From: Desulfatiglandales bacterium
GTDB taxonomy: Bacteria; Desulfobacterota; DSM-4660; Desulfatiglandales; Desulfatiglandaceae
Length of the DNA: 64,000 bases
Direction of reading: 5' to 3'
Assembly (NCBI GenBank): GCA_963662465.1
Contig: OY759599.1
Location: 6,368,001 to 6,432,000, forward strand
How positions within the stretch are numbered: position 1 is the first letter of the stretch; each line of letters starts with the position of its first letter. Made by a program: the position numbers and the translations under genes. The notes beneath the pieces were generated by a model. The model made no database searches. It was given only the letters and a program-made list of their open reading frames with translations, and had not been told where the DNA came from. Shown piece by piece: positions 57,933-64,000 of this stretch.

Positions 57933-58136
57933 TCAGCCGACAATCGTTTCAATTATTTCTTCAACGACGTCTCTCAGGTTTACAGGCCCGCTTTCAACAA
58001 CGCTATTGGAAAGATGTTTGTGATGAGGGAAGGTCGAAAGATCCGAATGATGTGGAACATTATTCGGATTGACGCTAAACCAGTCGGAAACTTGACAGGC
58101 AATTCTGATTCCCTTCAGCTCTTTTTCAACATTCAT
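57933..58136 (-). pseudogene. TumE/DUF6516-like toxin, internally deleted
   Basis: NVPHH..LSTFPHHKH C-terminal motif in only 67 aa. Confidence 0.65.
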
Positions 58137-58413
58137 ATTTTAGATTTTTAAGATCGTCTAATTTTTTTTTCAACAAAGTTATGACTGCCGCGACATGTTC
58201 CCACTCAACCCACTCTTTTCTATCACCGAGGTCTCCCCTATTAAACGACATCGTAAAAGTTTGGGTATCCATGCCGTTGGCGTGCTCAAATTTTGTGGCC
58301 TTCTTTTTATAAACCGATAGTTTCCTTTCCAAAACTGCCTTGCCGATATTGATACTCTCCTGCAAACTTGACAGGCTATTCTTTTCGATCAGGATCGTTG
58401 CATATTCGTCCAT
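58126..58413 (-). CDS. TumA-like antitoxin
   Basis: FE...GMD...F...F..G.LGD..EWVEW. Confidence 0.65.
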   Translation of the reverse strand: MDEYATILIEKNSLSSLQESINIGKAVLERKLSVYKKKATKFEHANGMDTQTFTMSFNRGDLGDRKEWVEWEHVAAVITLLKKKLDDLKNLKYEC

Positions 58414-58485
58414 TGATTCCCTCCTTTATCTGCGCTAATCGTATAGTATCCACATCTTTTCTCCTCCCCTGGTAAGCGCCGTCGA

Positions 58486-59064
58486 CTACCCCCAGACCTC
58501 GGATAAATCAATCTTCAATCCTTCAAGCGCATTGCTTTCAAGAATATCATTTTCGATCAGATATTCCGGTTTGCCGTATTCCGACCCCTTAAGGCGGTAT
58601 AATAAGACGTACTTTGCGTCGGGATTGAAAATCCAGTATTCTTTAACGCCGTATTTTTCATAGAGGAGCAGCTTCTCGGTCTGATCTTTATAGGACGTAG
58701 TGGGGGACAAAATCTCCACCGTAATATCGGGCACACCAAGACAACCCCTCTTATCAAGCCTGCTTTGGTCGCAAATAACCGTAAGATCCGGTTGCACGAC
58801 CGTTTCAATCTCTTCGTTTGCCTTGTCTTTATCAGCGGCAATCCGGACATCGAAAGGGGCGGCAAAGGCCTGACAGCGTTTGTCTTTCAGGAAAGCATAC
58901 AATATTCCCGATAACCTAAAAGAAACGCGCTGGTGCTCGGTACTCGGTGCAGGAGATATATCATAGACCACGCCTTCGATTATTTCCCACCGTTCATTTT
59001 CAGTCCAGGTAAGATAATCGGCGTAAGTGAAGGGTCTATTCAGTTTCTTGGCTAATGGGGGCAT
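58486..59064 (-). CDS. Uma2-family endonuclease
   Basis: FTYADY, ISPAP..EHQ, VQPD, VEILSP, YGVKEYW. Confidence 0.9.
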   Translation of the reverse strand: MPPLAKKLNRPFTYADYLTWTENERWEIIEGVVYDISPAPSTEHQRVSFRLSGILYAFLKDKRCQAFAAPFDVRIAADKDKANEEIETVVQPDLTVICDQSRLDKRGCLGVPDITVEILSPTTSYKDQTEKLLLYEKYGVKEYWIFNPDAKYVLLYRLKGSEYGKPEYLIENDILESNALEGLKIDLSEVWG

Positions 59065-59096
59065 TTTTTTCCTCGAGGATCGTATCGATAACAATA

Positions 59097-59330
59097 CTAT
59101 TCATCAGTTCTACCGCGGAGTTGATCCATCATACGATCCATGCTCGCTCTGCTTTGGCTCTCTCCGCGACCAAGCCATTTCATGAATTTATTTTCACCTC
59201 TGCTTTTCACAATAAGCGCCTTGTTACCCTCAACAAATATTTCAACATCCATTCCCGGCATGAAGCCAAATTTATTTCTTATAGTTTGAGGAATGGTTAT
59301 TTGTCCCTTGCTTGTTATCTTTGATATTAT
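59097..59330 (-). CDS. AbrB/MazE-family antitoxin with ATA start (missed by the ORF track)
   Basis: Manual translation IISKITSKGQITIPQTIRNKFGFMPGMDVEIF...; overlaps a MNSIVIDT VapC stub. Confidence 0.7.
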   Translation of the reverse strand: MISKITSKGQITIPQTIRNKFGFMPGMDVEIFVEGNKALIVKSRGENKFMKWLGRGESQSRASMDRMMDQLRGRTDE

Positions 59331-59678
59331 CCTAGTCCTTTTCGCGAAAAGTATTACATCCCCATCGCTGTAATACCAAGAAAACCGAACGTCAAGCTCA
59401 TTTTCAGCGTCGCCTTTGGCCGAAAAAAGGGTTAGGCAGATGATACAAAAACTTTGCTGATACCACGTCTTTGCAGGCTACACGTTGCATGTTTCGGGCA
59501 TTCACGAATGCACCCCCACGCTTCTTCTTTTACGAAGGATTGTTCCCACGAAGAATTCAGAAGTCTGAATTCTTCGTACAACAACAAAAAAAACCATGTA
59601 ATCCGTCAAATCCGCCTGCCCCGTTAAATTTGCTTTTTCTTTTATTTCGACATCGGTGCAATCTGTGAAATCTGTGGA

Positions 59679-61541
59679 CTATGAATAAATATCGAGCCAG
59701 TGATACAGAACCAGTAGAGAAAAGATCCGCCTGCTGTAATCTTCCTTTTTTTTGCTGTGCCTTTCAAACATGTTTTCAAGATATTTTCTCTGAAACCAAC
59801 CAGTTCCCAGCAGTTTTCCACTGAAAATGATATCTTTGGCCGGTCCCAGCAGATCCCCTGCAAACCAGTGCTGGGTGGGGACCGTGAAACCCTTCTTCTT
59901 TCGGTAAATGATCTCTTTTGGGAGAATGCCCTCCATTAGTTTTTTGAGGATGAATTTACCTTCCCCATTGCGGATCTTGTAATGGGAGGGCAGCGAAGAC
60001 GCAAATGAGACGATCTCGTGATCCAGAAAAGGAACACGGAGTTCGATGGAAGCGGCCATGGTCATCTTGTCCGCCTTCAGGAGGAGATCGTCTGGAAGCC
60101 ATGTCTTTGCATCAACGTACAGCAGTTGCGACAGGGTGTCGCGGTGCGCTACATCCCTGAACCATCCATGAAATGCATCATCCACATGGCGGCCTTCATG
60201 CACATAGGCTAGAAAGTCCGGTGAGTAGAAGGATTGCCTGATTCTGTGGGTCACATCAGCCGAGGTCCCCCGGTATCGATCGGACAGGGGGCTTGAAAAC
60301 CAGTCTATATATTTCTTGATTCGGTCCCCGGGCGTCAGGTTGTGGGGAAGGTGTTTGAGCGCCCTGAAGAGGGGAAAGTGCTTCTCTATCTGCAACATCT
60401 TTCGATAGAGACCGTAACCGCCGAATATTTCATCGCTTCCTTCCCCTGACAGCAGGACCGTGGCGTGGGGTTTTGCAGCTGTGGCGATCTGGTAAAGGGG
60501 AATGGCAGGTGTCTCTACCAGGGGTTCTTCTGCCATTTTTACCATCTGAGGGATGGAATCGAGAAAATCATAGGGTTTCAGAATGAACTCGTGGTGTTCG
60601 GTCCCGAACAGTTCCGCGATTTTCCGGGCATGAGGAAGTTCGTTTGCCGCATCGTCTCCCTCATAGCCCACTGAAAAGGTCTTGATCCGTTGATTGCTTA
60701 CACGGCACATGATGGCTGTGATGGCGCTGGAGTCCAGCCCCCCGCTCAGGAATACCCCCAACGGCACCTCGCTCATAAGCCGCATTTGGACGGACTCCCA
60801 CAGCAATTCCCGGAGTTTTTTAACGGCATCCGTAAATGTAAGGTTGGACGGCACAACCCGGTTGAATTTCCAGTAGGGGTATGTTTGTACGTTTCCATTT
60901 GCACTAACGGTCATCGTATGTCCCGGCATGAGTTTCAGGATGCCTTTGAACATGGTTCCGGGGCATGGCGTGTATCCCAGGGTCAGGAAGGCGTCAAGTG
61001 CGGTTTTTTCGAGATTGCTGCGGACTAGGGAAGAGGCCAGGATGGCCCTTATCTCGGAGGCAAACACAAAGTCCTTATGGCCCGGATAATAATAGAGGGG
61101 TTTGATGCCCATGCGATCCCGGGCAAGGAAAAGAACTTTGCAGGCCTCGTCCCAGATGGCAAAGGCGAACATGCCTCTCAAACGATCCACACACCGTTTA
61201 CCCCATTGACGGTAGGCTGCAAGGAGTACCTCCGTATCGGATGTGGTGCAGAAAGTGTGTCCCAGGCCTTTCAGTTCCCGGCGGAGCGTCAGGTAGTTAT
61301 AAATCTCTCCATTATAAACAATCACCTGTAAGGATTCAGGGCCACCGCTCTTCATGGGCTGATGTCCGCCCTCGATATCAATGATGCTCAGCCTGCGATG
61401 GCCGAGACCGATCCTACCGTTCACGTAAACGCCGGCGTCGTCGGGGCCCCGGTGGCCCAGGGTGGCCGACATACGGGCGATCAGCGATGGATCAACTTCG
61501 CCGTTCTTATCAAATCTCAGTATCCCGCAAAATCCGCACAT
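59679..61541 (-). CDS. asnB: Asparagine synthase-type amidotransferase
   Basis: MCG, HRGPD, GHRRLSIID, LSGGLDSS, SGEGSDE, RVPFLD. Confidence 0.92.
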   Translation of the reverse strand: MCGFCGILRFDKNGEVDPSLIARMSATLGHRGPDDAGVYVNGRIGLGHRRLSIIDIEGGHQPMKSGGPESLQVIVYNGEIYNYLTLRRELKGLGHTFCTTSDTEVLLAAYRQWGKRCVDRLRGMFAFAIWDEACKVLFLARDRMGIKPLYYYPGHKDFVFASEIRAILASSLVRSNLEKTALDAFLTLGYTPCPGTMFKGILKLMPGHTMTVSANGNVQTYPYWKFNRVVPSNLTFTDAVKKLRELLWESVQMRLMSEVPLGVFLSGGLDSSAITAIMCRVSNQRIKTFSVGYEGDDAANELPHARKIAELFGTEHHEFILKPYDFLDSIPQMVKMAEEPLVETPAIPLYQIATAAKPHATVLLSGEGSDEIFGGYGLYRKMLQIEKHFPLFRALKHLPHNLTPGDRIKKYIDWFSSPLSDRYRGTSADVTHRIRQSFYSPDFLAYVHEGRHVDDAFHGWFRDVAHRDTLSQLLYVDAKTWLPDDLLLKADKMTMAASIELRVPFLDHEIVSFASSLPSHYKIRNGEGKFILKKLMEGILPKEIIYRKKKGFTVPTQHWFAGDLLGPAKDIIFSGKLLGTGWFQRKYLENMFERHSKKKEDYSRRIFSLLVLYHWLDIYS

Positions 61542-61545
61542 GGGT

Positions 61546-64000
61546 TCAGATGTCTCTTACAAGGCGAAATCCAAGGTTGGCATAATGTTCACTTGGGTTA
61601 ATCCCACTTCTGTTACCGGAACGGCAGGCTTTTGCATAGCTGTTCCATCCGCCGCCGCGTATGACGCGAAATTCGCCGGATGGCGGTCCTGTGGGATCGG
61701 TGGCTGAATTATCGGAATATTTTCCAAGCAAATCCTGACACCATTCCCAGACGTTGCCATGCATCCCCATTAACCCCCACGGGTTTGGTGGAAAAGCTTT
61801 GGCGGAAATCGGCTTTTTTCGGTAAAGTCCCTTCTCACATTGAAGGTAAGGACGGTCACTGTCGTAGTTCGCTTCTTGAGAGGTCAAACAGTCTCCAAAG
61901 GAAAAAGGCGTTTGCGTCCCTGCTCTGCAGGCATATTCCCACTCGGCTTCAGTTGGTAATCTGTATTTTTTCGTTTTTTCGAGTTGATTCAGTCGTTTGA
62001 TGAATTGCTGAACGTCATCCCAGGATACCTGCTCTACGGGGCAATCATCTCCACATTTTTTGAAAAAGGAGGGATTTTTGTCCATGATTCTTTTCCAATG
62101 CCCCTGGGTGGCTTCTGTCTTCTGAATGTAGAAACTCTTGGTTAAAGTAACTTGATGTTGTGTCGTTTCCTGTTCGCCGGAGAGAATTCCCGTGGTAAAA
62201 GTACCTGGGTTTATCAGCACAAATTCCATTCCAAACTGGTTGGTAAATTGTTTTTCTGCTGTTTTTGGGTTTTCGACATTTCTTTCTTTTTGTGCTGGTA
62301 GGACAGCGGACTCTTTACCTGTGGACAGCTTCTCGGGTTTTCCAGGTGTCGCCCGAACTTTATAGGAAAGTCCGCTTTCTCCCTTTTCCTTATCAATTGC
62401 TGTAACAGCGAACTCATAGGCGCTGCCGTTTTGGAGCCCTGATATTGTTTTTGAACAATTTGTGTTTCCGGCGACGGTTCCGCCTACTAACATTTTGGTT
62501 TGGCCAACAAGTTTATAAACATTAAAACCCGTAATGGAATCAATGGCAATTTCAGCAGGGGGATCCCATTTCAGGGTGATCTTTCCGTTAGCGGGAATTG
62601 CTCTGACATTAAATGGTGGCACTGTGTTTCCAAAATATCCCCATATATAGTTTGTAAGCGACTGGCCGTCCCCACAGAATCCATAAATGCCGCTTACGCC
62701 GTCCACGGTTTTCCGCATCAGCTCTCTTATCTTTTTCTCATTGGGGAACGGCCAAAGGTTGTCATGTGTCACTTTGTTCCATCCTTGTTCTCCATAAAGT
62801 GTTTCCGATACGCCGATCTTTTTAAGAATTGTGGCCCCACAGACTGTTCCATTGCGCCCCATCGTGGTTAATTTAGAGCCGGGATCGATTTTGATCGGAT
62901 ATGTTAGTCCATTTTTATATGGGTTAACACTTTCAGAATTTCTAGTGTGCTTGTTACTGCCTACGTTGTAAGAAACGACATTCCTAATCACAACCGTCTC
63001 TGACTTTGAGCTTGGATTTATCCCTACGCTTTCATCATTAACATCGGCTAAAACACAATTCTCAACATGTTTTTCCCCTTTTTTCTTGAAATATATGCCA
63101 TCATATCCCTCAAGTTTAGCGCCGACTCCTGTGATATTAGAAATGTCAACATTTTGATTTTGTGCTAGCACGAATGCAGATAATGTTGTGGTATTTGGTC
63201 TCTTGTAGGCCATGTCTAATGCAACGCAATTCCTTATATTGGTTGATCCGGGATGTTTTTCATTGCCACAAATATAAAAGGCTATGATCATGTCTCTAAT
63301 TGACATACATCCATCTAAAATATGTCCTGTTGCCCCATACGAATCACCAGCCCAAAAGCCCCCTGTTTCAGGGTTTAACGGTTTTGGGTAATTCTGGATC
63401 CTATCCGAGTCAATACTAATGCAATTTTGATAAATCGTATCATCACATGCATATGCTCTAAAATTAAAAATTGCATATGCTCTAGACTTATAAATATTTT
63501 GTGGGTCGGACTGATCATGCCTTGCGACACATCTTCGGAATATATTGTATTTTCCGAACTTACAATAAAAAACATATCTTCCACTGCCCCAGGCAATGCA
63601 TTCCTCCATAAGATTAAATTGGTTTATTGCTCTTGAGCTGTCCGCGCTACCAAAACCACAGTTGTGATTGTTTCCTTTCAGTCCATGTGCCAAAAAACCA
63701 CAGCGAATAAATTTAGTATGATGCATATGGTAACAGATATGGTTTTTACCCAATCCAATATACTTATTGTCAAACACTATTCCACGGAATTCTAAAAAGC
63801 CTTGGGGGTGCTCCATTTTCGCTTGAATATGGATATAGGGTAGCTTTACCTTCCAGTCACTTTCAGCCTTTACGATGCTGAATTTCTCAGGTGTGCCGTC
63901 CGGCGGTGTATGTTTATTATCGATAAACATTTCGGGAGCTTGCCGCCAATCTCCATCGGCAATGATTACCTCATCACCTGGCGACATGACGCTCAAGGCT
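61546..64000 (-). CDS. Multidomain protein: beta-helix-like region + FN3 + FGE-sulfatase (CLec) domain; 5'-partial
   Basis: LKWDPP...GFNVY...GLQNGSAYEF (FN3); RLPTEAEWEYACR, MHGNVWEW, GFRLV. Confidence 0.8.
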   Translation of the reverse strand, partial: ALSVMSPGDEVIIADGDWRQAPEMFIDNKHTPPDGTPEKFSIVKAESDWKVKLPYIHIQAKMEHPQGFLEFRGIVFDNKYIGLGKNHICYHMHHTKFIRCGFLAHGLKGNNHNCGFGSADSSRAINQFNLMEECIAWGSGRYVFYCKFGKYNIFRRCVARHDQSDPQNIYKSRAYAIFNFRAYACDDTIYQNCISIDSDRIQNYPKPLNPETGGFWAGDSYGATGHILDGCMSIRDMIIAFYICGNEKHPGSTNIRNCVALDMAYKRPNTTTLSAFVLAQNQNVDISNITGVGAKLEGYDGIYFKKKGEKHVENCVLADVNDESVGINPSSKSETVVIRNVVSYNVGSNKHTRNSESVNPYKNGLTYPIKIDPGSKLTTMGRNGTVCGATILKKIGVSETLYGEQGWNKVTHDNLWPFPNEKKIRELMRKTVDGVSGIYGFCGDGQSLTNYIWGYFGNTVPPFNVRAIPANGKITLKWDPPAEIAIDSITGFNVYKLVGQTKMLVGGTVAGNTNCSKTISGLQNGSAYEFAVTAIDKEKGESGLSYKVRATPGKPEKLSTGKESAVLPAQKERNVENPKTAEKQFTNQFGMEFVLINPGTFTTGILSGEQETTQHQVTLTKSFYIQKTEATQGHWKRIMDKNPSFFKKCGDDCPVEQVSWDDVQQFIKRLNQLEKTKKYRLPTEAEWEYACRAGTQTPFSFGDCLTSQEANYDSDRPYLQCEKGLYRKKPISAKAFPPNPWGLMGMHGNVWEWCQDLLGKYSDNSATDPTGPPSGEFRVIRGGGWNSYAKACRSGNRSGINPSEHYANLGFRLVRDI

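Noticed and set aside
61546..61700. CLec C-terminus as a DGR variable region
   Set aside because: No template repeat or reverse transcriptase is visible in the window; a remote DGR cannot be excluded.

Overview
The window looks like an anaerobic Desulfobacterota-type (deltaproteobacterial) chromosome. Core blocks: hdrCB-sixA; GNAT-nitrilase, AbfD-like dehydratase, thioesterase, DUF3300/DUF2950 and a MoxR-Bat operon; ilvE, trxAB, bamD, alaS-recA-thpR-cinA-pgpA-larC, clpB; and a glycosylation cluster (47.5-64 kb) interspersed with decaying toxin-antitoxin modules. The most unusual part is ~3.7-15.6 kb, a minus-strand integron-like cassette array (attC sites, no integrase in the window) carrying nested mobile elements. 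An mrr gene is split by a DDE IS with TIRs and a 6-bp TSD. A truncated group II intron sits at an attC end, and a second, ORF-less intron is inserted at its 5' end. A 3167-bp large serine recombinase element is inserted at domain V of that second intron. Excising this element as a circle would join an SD+ATG at its right end in frame to a headless ORF at its left end. A third, ORF-less IIC-attC intron sits in another attC. All family assignments come from motif recognition by eye; no database searches were run.
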